A stretch of 64,000 nt of DNA from Escherichia coli O157:H7 (GTDB lineage: Bacteria; Pseudomonadota; Gammaproteobacteria; Enterobacterales; Enterobacteriaceae), in NCBI RefSeq assembly GCF_013167455.1, contig NZ_CP038328.1; one strand, written 5' to 3'. Shown one piece after another: positions 42,184 through 52,574 of the stretch (position 1 is the first letter of the stretch; every line of letters begins with the position of its first letter). The position numbers were made by a program, and so were the translations under genes. Under the pieces are notes generated by a model. It had not been told where the DNA came from. It was given only the letters and a program-made list of their open reading frames with translations, and made no database searches.

Positions 42184-43224
42184 TTAACTCCCCTTTTCCT
42201 CAGATTCAGGTTTGCCCGGGAACATGACGCTTGCGAGAATGCCCAGCGCCAGTACACCCAGTACAACATACAGGCTGGTTGTTGCCGCGATGCTGTAACC
42301 ATGATGCCAGATGTGATCGGTCGCATTCAGGCCGAGTTTTGCCGCGATGAAGAACAGCAGCACGATAACGGCCTTCTCCAGATGAACCAGGTACTGTTTC
42401 AGTGCCTCAAGGACAAAATACAGAGTACGCAGACCCAGGATAGCAAACATCATGGCACTATAGACGATAAGCGGTTCACGACTGACGGCAATGATTGCCG
42501 GTACCGAGTCAAACGCGAACATTACGTCCGAGAGTTCAACCACAGCCACACACAGGAACAGCGGGGTCGCATACAGCGCCGCTTTTTTACCACGGCCAAT
42601 GGTGACATCGCTGTTTTCTGGTTTCGCCAGTTCAGCATCCACTTCCTTCTGGTTAAGTAGGAAGGCATGCCCTCTGAGCTTCGGCCAGATAGGGAAGAAG
42701 CGTTTAACCATACGGTAAGCCAGATGCTGGGAGTAATCCTCAATTTCATCATCGTCATCACCGCTTTTAAGCATCATGACCGCCGTCCAGGCAACGATAA
42801 TAGCGAAGACAACTTCAACGTACGGCCCCAGACTCAGCAGGCTCGTACCGATGGCGACAAAGATGCCCCTGAAGACGATGGCACCAATGATCCCCCAGTA
42901 GAGAACACGGTGGCGATAACGATCCGGAACGGCGAACCAGGAGAAGATTGCCATCATGACGAACAGGTTATCGACCGACAGCACTTTCTCCAGCGCATAA
43001 CCCGTGACAAACAGACTGGCAACCTCAGCACCGTGGTGGATATAGAGGAAACCGGCAAATGCCATCGCAACCACAACCCAGAATACGGACCAGAGCGCAG
43101 CACTCTTCAGCGAGATTGGCTTGTCATCACGGTGCATAAACAGGTCAATAAAGATGGCACCGACTGAAAGCGCAATAAAAACAATGACCGTTTCAGTCGG
43201 GAAGCCGATGTGTGTGGAAACCAT
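42184..43224 (-). CDS. terC: Integral membrane protein TerC
   Basis: 346 aa polytopic membrane protein. Confidence 0.9.
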   Translation of the reverse strand: MVSTHIGFPTETVIVFIALSVGAIFIDLFMHRDDKPISLKSAALWSVFWVVVAMAFAGFLYIHHGAEVASLFVTGYALEKVLSVDNLFVMMAIFSWFAVPDRYRHRVLYWGIIGAIVFRGIFVAIGTSLLSLGPYVEVVFAIIVAWTAVMMLKSGDDDDEIEDYSQHLAYRMVKRFFPIWPKLRGHAFLLNQKEVDAELAKPENSDVTIGRGKKAALYATPLFLCVAVVELSDVMFAFDSVPAIIAVSREPLIVYSAMMFAILGLRTLYFVLEALKQYLVHLEKAVIVLLFFIAAKLGLNATDHIWHHGYSIAATTSLYVVLGVLALGILASVMFPGKPESEEKGS

Positions 43225-43246
43225 ATTTTACCCTTAGGGATGTGGA

Positions 43247-43702
43247 TCAGAGGCCAAATTCAGCCGGGTCGAAGCCCAACGCGATAGCGATCTCGCGGGA
43301 GGCCAGTTTCTCGTCCTGATCGAAGTTACCGTCACTTTTCGCAACGGCAATACCAACACGTAAGGCCAGCTGAGCGGCCTCAGGCTGATCTTTCAGCGCC
43401 AGGATGTATTTCATGGTTTCGCCCTTGCCAATTTCAACATCGAAATCGAAGCTTGAAACCAGTTTATTGAAGAACTCAATCACCTCATTGGTATCGAAGA
43501 CCTTCAGCTCTTCTGAAGAGCGCAGAAAGCCCATCATTTTCTGCTTTTCTTCCGAACTTACGCCGTCACTCGATACGGCAATACGGGCACATACAGCAAC
43601 GGTGCCCTGCATGAATTTTTTGTTTTTGAAACGGCCAACCTGGCGGGTCAGTTCGTCACGGCCTGAGTTAATGGCACCTTTAACTTTGTCGAAAAAGCTC
43701 AT
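43247..43702 (-). CDS. terB: Tellurium resistance protein TerB
   Basis: ORF track 43247..43762; start at MSFFDKVKGAINSG (ATG 43700-43702); 151 aa. Confidence 0.9.
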   Translation of the reverse strand: MSFFDKVKGAINSGRDELTRQVGRFKNKKFMQGTVAVCARIAVSSDGVSSEEKQKMMGFLRSSEELKVFDTNEVIEFFNKLVSSFDFDVEIGKGETMKYILALKDQPEAAQLALRVGIAVAKSDGNFDQDEKLASREIAIALGFDPAEFGL

Positions 43703-43724
43703 ACCTGTTTCCTTTGTTGCTGTG

Positions 43725-44882
43725 TTATTTAGAACCGGCGCTCCAGCGAAATCCCCAGCCAAATGCCCGGTCCATTTCGTCCTGGCCTTTGAAGTACTGG
43801 TTAATTCGCTCGACTTTAATTGCGCCGTTTTCGTTTACGAGTCTGGCAATGGCGCACAATGTGCGACGGTTCTCACCTTCGGTCAGGCGGGTCTCAATGG
43901 GTGGTTGATCCGGCACATGAATGGTGACTACACCATCAGTCTTGTCCCAGCTGGGAACACCTTCATAAATAAAGGCGTAAATCAGCACTTCGCGGATATG
44001 CTTCCATTCACGTCCATTGATATGCAGCCACTCGCCGTCTGATACATCACCCGTCCGGTCATCGCCCTTGAGCTGAACATACGGTTCATCGCGATAATCA
44101 CCGAATGCATTACCGAGCGCCTGAATGACCGATTTATACCCGTCCTGAAGCTCAACAAAGGCCCCCAGATCCAGGTCGATTCCTTTGGAGCCGAACATAC
44201 CTGCAAAGCCTGATTTGCTACTGCCCCGGTGCCAGTTCAGGTTGATCCGGATTTCACCGAAGTTATCCCGTTTGGTCAGGCTGATTGCAGGCTTCTCTTT
44301 TGTCAGCGATACCTTGCTCAGGCTGATTTTTGTCTCAACTGGCGGAGGGGTTACAACCGGAGGAGTTGGGGCTGCGGGAGCCGGTTCGTCGGCAATATTT
44401 ACGCCGAAATGCTCTGCCAGCGGTTTAAGTCCACCGTTGAACCCCTGCGCAACGAAGCGGAATTTCCAGTCATTATTACGACGGTAAAATTCCCCCAGAA
44501 TTAAGGCTGCTTCCTGACGGCCGCTCAGTTCGACACTGCCGCTAACCAGGCCGGTAGCCCCTTGCTCCACGTCGATGGAAAGATTACGAAGACCGGACAC
44601 CGTCTGCCCACCGTCACAGGTCACGGTGAACGCAATTTTCTGGACATCAGGTTTCAGCCGGTTGAGCGCGACAGTAAAGGTTGAGTACTGGCCTTCACTG
44701 ACCAGGCTGACGGTACCATCATCGTTACGTGGCTGACCATAAAACACCATGTCCGCATCACCCTGCACCTTCCCGTCGGCATACAGGCGAAACGCCGAAG
44801 CATCCACCTGGCCGCCCGAGGTGATCCGGACCCGCAACTCCTGGGCTGGAACGGGGGCATTGCCCCCCGGCGTCAGGTTCAT
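43725..44882 (-). CDS. terA: Tellurium resistance protein TerA
   Basis: 385 aa with TerD-like domains. Confidence 0.9.
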   Translation of the reverse strand: MNLTPGGNAPVPAQELRVRITSGGQVDASAFRLYADGKVQGDADMVFYGQPRNDDGTVSLVSEGQYSTFTVALNRLKPDVQKIAFTVTCDGGQTVSGLRNLSIDVEQGATGLVSGSVELSGRQEAALILGEFYRRNNDWKFRFVAQGFNGGLKPLAEHFGVNIADEPAPAAPTPPVVTPPPVETKISLSKVSLTKEKPAISLTKRDNFGEIRINLNWHRGSSKSGFAGMFGSKGIDLDLGAFVELQDGYKSVIQALGNAFGDYRDEPYVQLKGDDRTGDVSDGEWLHINGREWKHIREVLIYAFIYEGVPSWDKTDGVVTIHVPDQPPIETRLTEGENRRTLCAIARLVNENGAIKVERINQYFKGQDEMDRAFGWGFRWSAGSK

Positions 44883-45463
44883 TAGCGAATAACCGCTGAA
44901 ACGATATCGGAGTGCATATCGTCAATTGTGCGGCCGCGACAGGCATGGCCAAGGGCGGTAAAGTCCCAGTTGCCGTTATTACGGCGCAGCGAAGAAATAA
45001 CGATCCCGGTATGTGAGCCCTGCTCAGTCAGCTTGTAGCGAGCCAGCTCTTTGCCGGTTTGATCGACAACGCGGCAGAAAGCGTTTTCGACGTCATTGAA
45101 CGACTGACCACGGAAGCTGTTTACCGTAAACGCCAGGTATTCAACGTTTGCAGGCAGGCGGGAGAGGTTGACCTTAATCACTTCATCGTCACCGTCACCC
45201 TCACCGGTCAGGTTATCGCCACTGTGCACAACAGCGCCGCAGGTGGATTTCAGTTTGCGGAACCAGATGGTGTCAATTGTTTTACCTGTGCTGTCCATTA
45301 ATACACAGCCAGCATCGAGATCGATTGAGTCGTTGCCTCCAAACAATCCTCCAAGAAGACCTTTTTTCTTAACCGGATCCCAACCGAGACCGAAATGAAG
45401 CTGGCTTAATGCAGATGATTCTTTGCTGAGTGATACCGTCTGGTTCTTAACTAATGAAACCAT
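44882..45463 (-). CDS. terZ: Tellurium resistance protein TerZ
   Basis: 193 aa MVSLVKNQTVSLSKESSALSQ...; first gene of the terZABCDE string. Confidence 0.9.
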   Translation of the reverse strand: MVSLVKNQTVSLSKESSALSQLHFGLGWDPVKKKGLLGGLFGGNDSIDLDAGCVLMDSTGKTIDTIWFRKLKSTCGAVVHSGDNLTGEGDGDDEVIKVNLSRLPANVEYLAFTVNSFRGQSFNDVENAFCRVVDQTGKELARYKLTEQGSHTGIVISSLRRNNGNWDFTALGHACRGRTIDDMHSDIVSAVIR

Positions 45464-45709
45464 GTTTTATTCCTTAAAATGGTAATGACCGAGACAATCA
45501 AAGGTATATTTAGTAACTGACGAAGAAAATCATATCATGATGAAGTTCTCTGACAAGGGAAATTTTTGTGGTTTTCTGTAAAAACACAAAAAGAAATCCT
45601 TTTCAGGGTGTTAGTTTTTCTATTTTTAATTTAAATATCAATGTGTTATAAGGAATCCAAAAAACACTGACGCACTCCATAACCACAGGAGTTATTAATC
45701 ATATTATGA

Positions 45710-45738
45710 TTGACATGTAGCTTAGACACTCATAGACT
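45710..45738 (+). promoter_or_regulatory. Candidate sigma-70 promoter for the ATP-grasp operon
   Basis: TTGACA at 45710-45715, 17-bp spacer, TAGACT at 45733-45738; about 48 bp upstream of the ATG. Confidence 0.35.
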
Positions 45739-45785
45739 CACTTCTCAATCATAAATTTGCATGGCGTTCCGGATAATTAAAAAAA

Positions 45786-46844
45786 ATGAACAAGAAAATT
45801 TGGTTTATGGAAGGTTTATCCTCCCAGCGAGATATTATTCAGGGGGTAAAATCATTTGCACAAAAAAATAATTTTGCCATTACCGTTTTTGCCTCCCACC
45901 GTAACGAAAGAAATGAAATCCTTTCCGTTGCCGATTATTCTTTGACTGAACCTGAAGATCCTCAAAAACGTCTTCAGTTTATCCAGGAAACCATTCAGAC
46001 CTACGGCATCCACCATATTCATACTGGCCGTAACAGCCAGTGGTTTGAAGAACACCGTTCAGCCATTGAACCGACCGGTGCCACCCTTACTACCGGTGCA
46101 ACGGGCGTCGACTGGTTAACTCTGGCTGACGAAAAAGTTACTTTTGCTCAGTTTATGGAGCAAAAGGGTCTCCCGGTCGTACCATCCTGGCGGGTGAATA
46201 CGCTGGCAGAATTAAAGACACACCTCGCGGCCCCGCCGTTCACTGACAGCCCGGTATGCGTGAAGCCGGTGACGGGTATCTATGGCATGGGATTCTGGCG
46301 CTTTGATGACAGTGCTTCGCCTATGGCCGTCTTTAATCATCCCGAACATCGTCTGGTCAGTCCGCAACAGTATATTGCAGCAGCATCAGCTGCTGAGTCG
46401 TTTAAACCCCTTGTTTTGATGCCGTACCTGCCAGGCCCGGAATTTTCCGTCGATATCCTCGCGGATAAGGGCGAAATACTCGCAGCCGTGGGACGCCGTA
46501 AGGAAGGGGCTATCCAGTATCTGGTAAACGAAGGAAGCGCCTGGGAACTGGCGTGTGACTGCGCCCGTGTTATGAAGGCCGACGGGCTGGTGAATGTTCA
46601 GACGCGAAACGATGTGAATGGCAACCCGGTGCTGCTTGAAACCAACATGCGTCCGTCAGGGGGGGTGGGTTATACCCTTCACAGCGGTGTGAACCTTCCT
46701 GGGTTATTTGCTGCCTTTAAGCTCGGTCTGATGTCTGAAGATATGGTACGCCAGAGCGCTAAAAACACCTTTTCTCCGGTTGCGGTGAGATCCATTACGG
46801 ATGTAATTGCATACCCGGAATCACTCTCTAACCTTCTGAATTAA
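45786..46844 (+). CDS. ATP-grasp domain protein (ter-associated biosynthetic operon)
   Basis: 352 aa; first gene of a co-directional, tightly spaced operon. Confidence 0.7.
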   Translation: MNKKIWFMEGLSSQRDIIQGVKSFAQKNNFAITVFASHRNERNEILSVADYSLTEPEDPQKRLQFIQETIQTYGIHHIHTGRNSQWFEEHRSAIEPTGATLTTGATGVDWLTLADEKVTFAQFMEQKGLPVVPSWRVNTLAELKTHLAAPPFTDSPVCVKPVTGIYGMGFWRFDDSASPMAVFNHPEHRLVSPQQYIAAASAAESFKPLVLMPYLPGPEFSVDILADKGEILAAVGRRKEGAIQYLVNEGSAWELACDCARVMKADGLVNVQTRNDVNGNPVLLETNMRPSGGVGYTLHSGVNLPGLFAAFKLGLMSEDMVRQSAKNTFSPVAVRSITDVIAYPESLSNLLN

Positions 46845-46853
46845 GGCGTATTT

Positions 46854-47996
46854 ATGTCTGATATCCTCGAAGATATGATTTATCGCCGTACCCTCTCATG
46901 CGGTACGATTCAGGTAACCCGTGACCAGGGTGAAGTTTCGCTCGATGACCTGTTTGACATCGCTGAAAGACGTAACCCGAAACGCGCCTTTCTGTTTGTC
47001 AGCAAAGTACTCGGCAGGCACATTCCCGTGCCACCCTCAGTCATGCGGCAGGCCTACAGACAGCTTGCCAGCCAGTTCCCCTCGACACTGACAGGACCCG
47101 TACTGTTTATCGGTATGGCTGAAACCGCCGTTGGGCTTGGGGCCGGTGTATTTGATGAAGTGCGCCACCAGCATCGTGAATCTGTCTATCTGACCTCTAC
47201 CCGTCACCCGGTTGATGGCACGTTGCTTTGCGAGTTCAAGGAAGAACACAGCCACGCCACCGATCATCTGATCTATCTGCCAGATGATGAAGAGAAAAGA
47301 CGTCGTGTTACCAACGCACGAACGCTGGTTTTGATTGATGACGAGGCAACCACCGGTAATACCTTTATTAACCTGCTTTCTGCCCTGCGTAATACCGGCA
47401 AGCTTCAACATATTGAACAGGTTATCGCCGTAACGCTGACCGACTGGAGTGGCAATGCCCTGTCGGAGCGCACCCCCTTGCCCGTCACTTCGGTTTCGCT
47501 TGTAAGCGGTCAGTGGGGATGGACCCCATTACCTGATGCACCTGTCCCGGACATGCCGAAAGTCAACGTAACTTCACGAGGAGAATGGGACATCCAGGGG
47601 AAACAGTCATGGGGCCGACTGGGGATGCTCGCACCTGCGGCCGATCTCGGCCATGAGGTCTCCGTCCACAAGGGGGAACGTATTCTGGTTCTCGGGACCG
47701 GGGAATTCGTCTGGGAGCCGTTCCTGCTTGCTGAACGGCTCGAAGCTGCCGGAGCACAGGCATTTTATGGATCGACCACCCGCTCCCCTGTCGCCGTTGG
47801 TTATGCCATTGAGTCCGCCATTTCCTTTACGGATAACTACGGGCTGGGCATCCCCAATTTTGTCTATAACGTCGCCCACCAGCAGTTTGACCGCATTCTT
47901 GTGTGTACTGAGACACCCGCAGAAAGTATTGACACGCAGCTTCTTAAAGCGCTGGCTGAGGTTGCGCCCGTCGTGGAGATTGTTACCTATGAATAA
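46854..47996 (+). CDS. Phosphoribosyltransferase-domain protein
   Basis: 380 aa; PRPP-binding type motif VLIDDEATTGNT. Confidence 0.75.
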   Translation: MSDILEDMIYRRTLSCGTIQVTRDQGEVSLDDLFDIAERRNPKRAFLFVSKVLGRHIPVPPSVMRQAYRQLASQFPSTLTGPVLFIGMAETAVGLGAGVFDEVRHQHRESVYLTSTRHPVDGTLLCEFKEEHSHATDHLIYLPDDEEKRRRVTNARTLVLIDDEATTGNTFINLLSALRNTGKLQHIEQVIAVTLTDWSGNALSERTPLPVTSVSLVSGQWGWTPLPDAPVPDMPKVNVTSRGEWDIQGKQSWGRLGMLAPAADLGHEVSVHKGERILVLGTGEFVWEPFLLAERLEAAGAQAFYGSTTRSPVAVGYAIESAISFTDNYGLGIPNFVYNVAHQQFDRILVCTETPAESIDTQLLKALAEVAPVVEIVTYE

Positions 47997-48762
47997 ACCC
48001 GTTGTTCTGAGCGACCTTGACGACACGCTCTTTCAGACCCGTCGTAAAATGGTGGACGAGCTGGCCCTGGAGCCATTCCGTACCGGTGCCGTTGATCGCA
48101 CCCTGAATCCACGAAGCTTTATGACGGAAGAACAGTCCATGTTGGTGGACTGGCTCCTGGAGCAGGCTGAACTCATACCCGTTACCGCACGGGGAACTGA
48201 AGAAATCAGCCGCGTACGGATCCCTTTCCACTCCTGGGCAATCACAACGCACGGGGCCGTCATTCTCACGCCTGAAGGCAAACCCGACGAGGAGTGGAAG
48301 GCCCATATGCTCGGCCAGCTGGCTCCCTACCAGGAAAAGCTGACATCGATGCAGCGTCTGATCACTGAAATGATGGACGCAAAAGGAATCAATGCCTGGG
48401 CAAGGCTGAACTTCGAATACGGTGAAACGGCGGTTTATATGGTGATGAAACACCGCGACAGCACCCGCCTTGACGAGCTCAATGCCATTGCAGATGAGAT
48501 AGAAACGGTGTTTCCGACCGAGGGCTTCTACATCCACCGCAACAGTAATAACGTGGCCTGGCTTCCCACCCCGGTTGAGAAAGGGCTGGCAGTCAGCTGG
48601 CTGCTTGAAAAACTTCGGGCTGAACGAGGAGTTTTCCCCGTAATTGGTTTGGGCGACAGCCTGAGCGATCATCGTTTTATGAAACTGTGCAGCTGGTTTG
48701 GCATCCCGCGTCAGAGTCAGTTTGCAGATGCCATTTCACAGCGAATTTTTGGAGAAAATTAA
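47989..48762 (+). CDS. HAD-superfamily hydrolase
   Basis: ORF track 47653..48762; start at MNKPVVLSDLDDTLF (ATG 47989, overlapping the upstream stop); DxDxT motif. Confidence 0.75.
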   Translation: MNKPVVLSDLDDTLFQTRRKMVDELALEPFRTGAVDRTLNPRSFMTEEQSMLVDWLLEQAELIPVTARGTEEISRVRIPFHSWAITTHGAVILTPEGKPDEEWKAHMLGQLAPYQEKLTSMQRLITEMMDAKGINAWARLNFEYGETAVYMVMKHRDSTRLDELNAIADEIETVFPTEGFYIHRNSNNVAWLPTPVEKGLAVSWLLEKLRAERGVFPVIGLGDSLSDHRFMKLCSWFGIPRQSQFADAISQRIFGEN

Positions 48763-48763
48763 A

Positions 48764-49843
48764 ATGCAGCCACATGAAACATTTACCGGCTCATACCAGC
48801 CCGGTGACGTGGAATTTCTGCTAAAGCCGGTTGTCATTGAGATGACGCCGGTTGAGAAAAAAGAAGAACTGATTCAGTCCGGGAAGAAACATTATTCGGA
48901 CATGCTCAGCCAGGAGCCAGCGCCTACACAATGGCATCTTGATTTGTTTCACCGGGCGCTGGATCGGGGCGCAGAGAGGCTTGCAAAAGAAGTCACACAG
49001 CTCGCTATTGCTCTGGCCGAACGCTTCGGTGATGAGCCCATTGTACTGGCCAGTCTTGTCAGGGCTGGCGTTCCGCTCGGCGTTATGCTGCACCAGGCCC
49101 TGCGTGACATGGGGAAAACCTCATGGCATTACGGTATCAGCATTATCCGGGATCGTGGAATTGACGGTGCAGCCCTCGACGTCATTGAAGAGCGGCATGG
49201 TACCAGCGGTATTGTCTTTGTTGACGGATGGACAGGTAAAGGCGCAATTACCGGAGAGCTTGTACGCGCACTGAAAGATCGCCCGGGCTATCCTGAGCAG
49301 CCGCGACTGGTTGTCCTGGCCGATCCCTGTGGCTGCTCCTGGCTTGCAGCCAGTGATGATGACTGGCTCATTCCTTTTGGCATCATGGGGGCGCCGGTAT
49401 CAGGCCTGATCTCCCGGTCAGTATGGTCCTCTGAAGGATTACACGGGTGCATGGTTTGCGAGCATCTCAGTGAATTCGAATGCAGCCGGATGCTTGCCGA
49501 TACCGTCGCTCATTTCCGTAAGAAGTTAACACCGTCATCCCTCGCTCCCCTGAGCTGGAATACGGAATCAGCCCGGGTCTTATGGCAGACAAGTCGCGAC
49601 GTTATCGCGTTCCTGGCCGATGAATTTAAAGTGGACAGCGTCAATCGTATTAAACCCGGTATTGCTGAAGCAACCCGGGCTGTATTACGTCGGGTACCGG
49701 ACCATGTATTTGTGCGTTCTATTGACGACCCGGACGTTGCCTTGCTTGTAGGGCTTGCTCGTGAAAAGGGAATAGTTGTTACAGAAATGGGGGGAACCCT
49801 CGGCCAGTATCGGGCTGTAACCATTATCAAGAAGGTACTCTGA
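48764..49843 (+). CDS. Ter-associated protein of uncertain function (possibly StiP-like / PRTase-like)
   Basis: ORF track 48698..49843; start at MQPHETFTGSYQPGDV (ATG 48764, one base after the HAD stop). Confidence 0.5.
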   Translation: MQPHETFTGSYQPGDVEFLLKPVVIEMTPVEKKEELIQSGKKHYSDMLSQEPAPTQWHLDLFHRALDRGAERLAKEVTQLAIALAERFGDEPIVLASLVRAGVPLGVMLHQALRDMGKTSWHYGISIIRDRGIDGAALDVIEERHGTSGIVFVDGWTGKGAITGELVRALKDRPGYPEQPRLVVLADPCGCSWLAASDDDWLIPFGIMGAPVSGLISRSVWSSEGLHGCMVCEHLSEFECSRMLADTVAHFRKKLTPSSLAPLSWNTESARVLWQTSRDVIAFLADEFKVDSVNRIKPGIAEATRAVLRRVPDHVFVRSIDDPDVALLVGLAREKGIVVTEMGGTLGQYRAVTIIKKVL

Positions 49844-50799
49844 TGAAAAATCGTCTTTCTCCCTGGAATCTGGGAGCCACGCTATACATGCCTGCAACAC
49901 GGGAAGATATTGCTGATGCCGTCCTGCACGGGAAAATCCCGGGCTTGCGCTCTCTGGTGATTTGCCTGGAGGATGCTGTCAGTGAAGCAGACATCCCCGT
50001 CGCCCTCAAAAATCTGGAGCACCTGCTGCACGAGCTCAGTAACAGCATGAGTAGCCTGGGTAAAAATGACTGGCCTCTGGTGTTCATTCGCCCCCGGCAT
50101 GCCGAAATGGGCAGATGGTTAAAAGCGCATTATGATCTTTCCGCTGTCGACGGGTTTGTGCTGCCTAAATTTACCCTCAGTTCGTTAGCTGAATGGTGGG
50201 ATATCATGGTCGGGACTCACCTGTGCATGATGCCAACGCTGGAAACAGAAGATGTCTTTGACGTGGTTCAGATGCGCGAGCTGGCTACCCGTCTGGAGGA
50301 ACATCCCTGCCACGACCGCATTATTGCGCTTCGAATCGGCGGCAACGATCTTATGAACGTTGTGTCGCTTCGCCGTCCCCGGGACCTGACGCTGTATGAC
50401 AGCCCGATGGGCTACGTCATCAAAATGCTCGTTTCGGTCTTCGGCCCGCGTGATTTTGCCCTGACCGCGCCTGTATGTGAGCATATTGACGATCATGCCG
50501 TTATGGCCAGAGAGCTGGCTCTTGATATGGCACACGGGCTTGTTGGGAAAACGGCCATTCACCCGGGTCAGATAGAGGTCATTCAAAACGCGCTGATGGT
50601 CACTCAGGGTGAGCATTCTGACGCTCTGCGGATCCTGAACTCTACCCAGGCCGTGTTTAAGTCGCAGGGAGCAATGTGTGAACCCGCCACACATCGCCGC
50701 TGGGCGGCTGGCATTCTGGACAGGGCTCGTTTTTATGGGTTACAGAACGAGCAAAGCGCTGATGGAATCAGATTACTTACCGTGACCCAGCATCATTAA
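49843..50799 (+). CDS. HpcH/HpaI aldolase / citrate-lyase beta-subunit-like TIM-barrel protein
   Basis: 318 aa; start overlaps the upstream stop (TGATG). Confidence 0.65.
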   Translation: MKNRLSPWNLGATLYMPATREDIADAVLHGKIPGLRSLVICLEDAVSEADIPVALKNLEHLLHELSNSMSSLGKNDWPLVFIRPRHAEMGRWLKAHYDLSAVDGFVLPKFTLSSLAEWWDIMVGTHLCMMPTLETEDVFDVVQMRELATRLEEHPCHDRIIALRIGGNDLMNVVSLRRPRDLTLYDSPMGYVIKMLVSVFGPRDFALTAPVCEHIDDHAVMARELALDMAHGLVGKTAIHPGQIEVIQNALMVTQGEHSDALRILNSTQAVFKSQGAMCEPATHRRWAAGILDRARFYGLQNEQSADGIRLLTVTQHH

Positions 50800-50809
50800 G
50801 GAAATCATA

Positions 50810-52018
50810 ATGGGGTTCAGGTTCAGAAAGTCGATCAACATTATTCCTGGCGTTCGCCTCAACCTGAGTAACGGTGCACCGAGCCTGAGTGTCGGGCCGA
50901 GAGGTGCTTCCGTTTCTTTTGGTAGCCGGGGGACCTATGCCAATCTGGGCTTGCCCGGTACCGGGCTGAGTTACCGTACCCGGCTTGACCGGGCCGCGCG
51001 TTCCAGAGGTGAAAACCGGACGGCAACCGACCCGGGGCTCAGACAGGCGCTTGAGCAGAAAGCCGCTGAACTCATGTCAGCGGTAACCGCAATCCGTAAT
51101 ATTCACGAGCTGACGCCGGATCCAAAAACAGGCATCAGCTGGGCAGAGCTGGAAGCAGTATACCTGCATAACAGAACGTCGCCTTTTCAGGTTCCGGCAC
51201 CGGTGCGTCCAGAAAAGCCAGACTACCTTGTATTGCCGGAAAAGCCTGCCGAGAGCGAAGGCATTAGTTTTTTGGGTAAATGGTTTGAATCGGAATCAGC
51301 TAAAGCTGAGCGCCACGCCGAAAATCTTCGCCGGTGGCAGCAGGAGCTGATTGATGTGGAGCGTGAGAATACCCTTCGACAGCACCGGTACCAGCAACAA
51401 CGGACGGCCTGGGCCGAACAGTATGCAAACTGGAAGTTTGAAGCTGAAGAACATGAAAAACGGCTCGCCACGGCTCAGGCAGATGCCCGGCAGCAGTTCC
51501 GGACAGACGCCGCGTTTTTCGAATCATACCTGGCGGGTGTGCTGGCAGAAACTGAATGGCCGCGTGAAACGCTTGTTGCATTTGAAGTAAAGCCGGAGCT
51601 ATCAGCAGTCCTGCTGGACGTTGATTTAGCTGAGATTGAAGATTTCCCTGATAAGATTTACGGCGTTAATGCCCGGGGAACGGAGCTGACGGAAAAAGCC
51701 ATGACGCAAAAAGCCGTACGCGAAAACTATGCCCACCACGTCCATGGCTGCTTGTTCCGCCTGGTCGGTATCGTTTTACATACGCTACCTTTCGACAACG
51801 TGATTGTGTCAGGCTTTACGCAACGGGTCAGTAAGCGGACCGGCTATCTGGAGGATGAGTATATCCTGTCCTGCAAATGCACTCGCAGCCAGATGTCGTC
51901 AGTAAATTTTGCAGGCATAAAACACATTGATCCGGTTGAAGCGTTAGGCGATCAACCGGTTATTCGAAAGATGAGCAGTACCTTCATTTTTCAGCCTATT
52001 GAACCACTAACCCTTTAA
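50810..52018 (+). CDS. DUF4236-like protein with a coiled-coil rich middle region
   Basis: 402 aa; N-terminus MGFRFRKSINIIPGVRLNLSNGAPSLSVGPRGASVSFGSRG. Confidence 0.5.
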   Translation: MGFRFRKSINIIPGVRLNLSNGAPSLSVGPRGASVSFGSRGTYANLGLPGTGLSYRTRLDRAARSRGENRTATDPGLRQALEQKAAELMSAVTAIRNIHELTPDPKTGISWAELEAVYLHNRTSPFQVPAPVRPEKPDYLVLPEKPAESEGISFLGKWFESESAKAERHAENLRRWQQELIDVERENTLRQHRYQQQRTAWAEQYANWKFEAEEHEKRLATAQADARQQFRTDAAFFESYLAGVLAETEWPRETLVAFEVKPELSAVLLDVDLAEIEDFPDKIYGVNARGTELTEKAMTQKAVRENYAHHVHGCLFRLVGIVLHTLPFDNVIVSGFTQRVSKRTGYLEDEYILSCKCTRSQMSSVNFAGIKHIDPVEALGDQPVIRKMSSTFIFQPIEPLTL

Positions 52019-52035
52019 GCAGGCTAAATCTTACG

Positions 52036-52503
52036 ATGCAATTAAATACCAGACAGGCCCGGATTTTTAAGCTTGCCAACTTACTGGGCACCGGCAAGCC
52101 CGTTTCCGCTGCCGACATTATAACCAGTCTGGAATGCTCTGAGCCGACATTAACCCGGGCCCTCAAAGAGCTACGCGAGTCATATTCTGCGGAGATCAAA
52201 TACAGCAAGGCAGGTCATTCCTATCATCTCGTTAATCCGGGCCAGTTGGATAAAAAGACCCTCCGCCGGATGAATGAAGCGCTCGCACAGAATGCTGAAC
52301 TGAAAACCGGTGAGTCCACAGGGAAGGTCGTACTCGATAAGGATAAAAAAACAGCCGTGTCATTATCGCTACGCATGCGGATTCTAAGAAAAATTGACCG
52401 TCTGGCTGCGCTGAGTGACTCGACCCGAAGTGAAGCGGTAGAGAAGCTGGCTCTGCACTCCGTTGATGAACTGATAAAAGAATACAGCGCTAAAAAGTCC
52501 TGA
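52036..52503 (+). CDS. terW: HTH DNA-binding protein, TerW-like
   Basis: 155 aa, size and position consistent with the TerW regulator of ter clusters. Confidence 0.6.
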   Translation: MQLNTRQARIFKLANLLGTGKPVSAADIITSLECSEPTLTRALKELRESYSAEIKYSKAGHSYHLVNPGQLDKKTLRRMNEALAQNAELKTGESTGKVVLDKDKKTAVSLSLRMRILRKIDRLAALSDSTRSEAVEKLALHSVDELIKEYSAKKS

Positions 52504-52516
52504 CGCTAAATCTCAG

Positions 52517-52540
52517 ACCGGGGTGAAAACTCCGGTTTTG
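52517..52540 (+). terminator. Possible terminator after the TerW-like gene
   Basis: GACCGGGGTGAAAACTCCGGTTTTG. Confidence 0.4.
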
Positions 52541-52574
52541 TCATATTTCACCTCTGTATTGGCGTGATGCAAAA

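Noticed and set aside
47607-48672. Minus-strand ORFs (139 and 229 aa) within the ter-linked operon
   Set aside because: Antisense to the PRTase and HAD genes, which have clear catalytic motifs and operon-style junctions.
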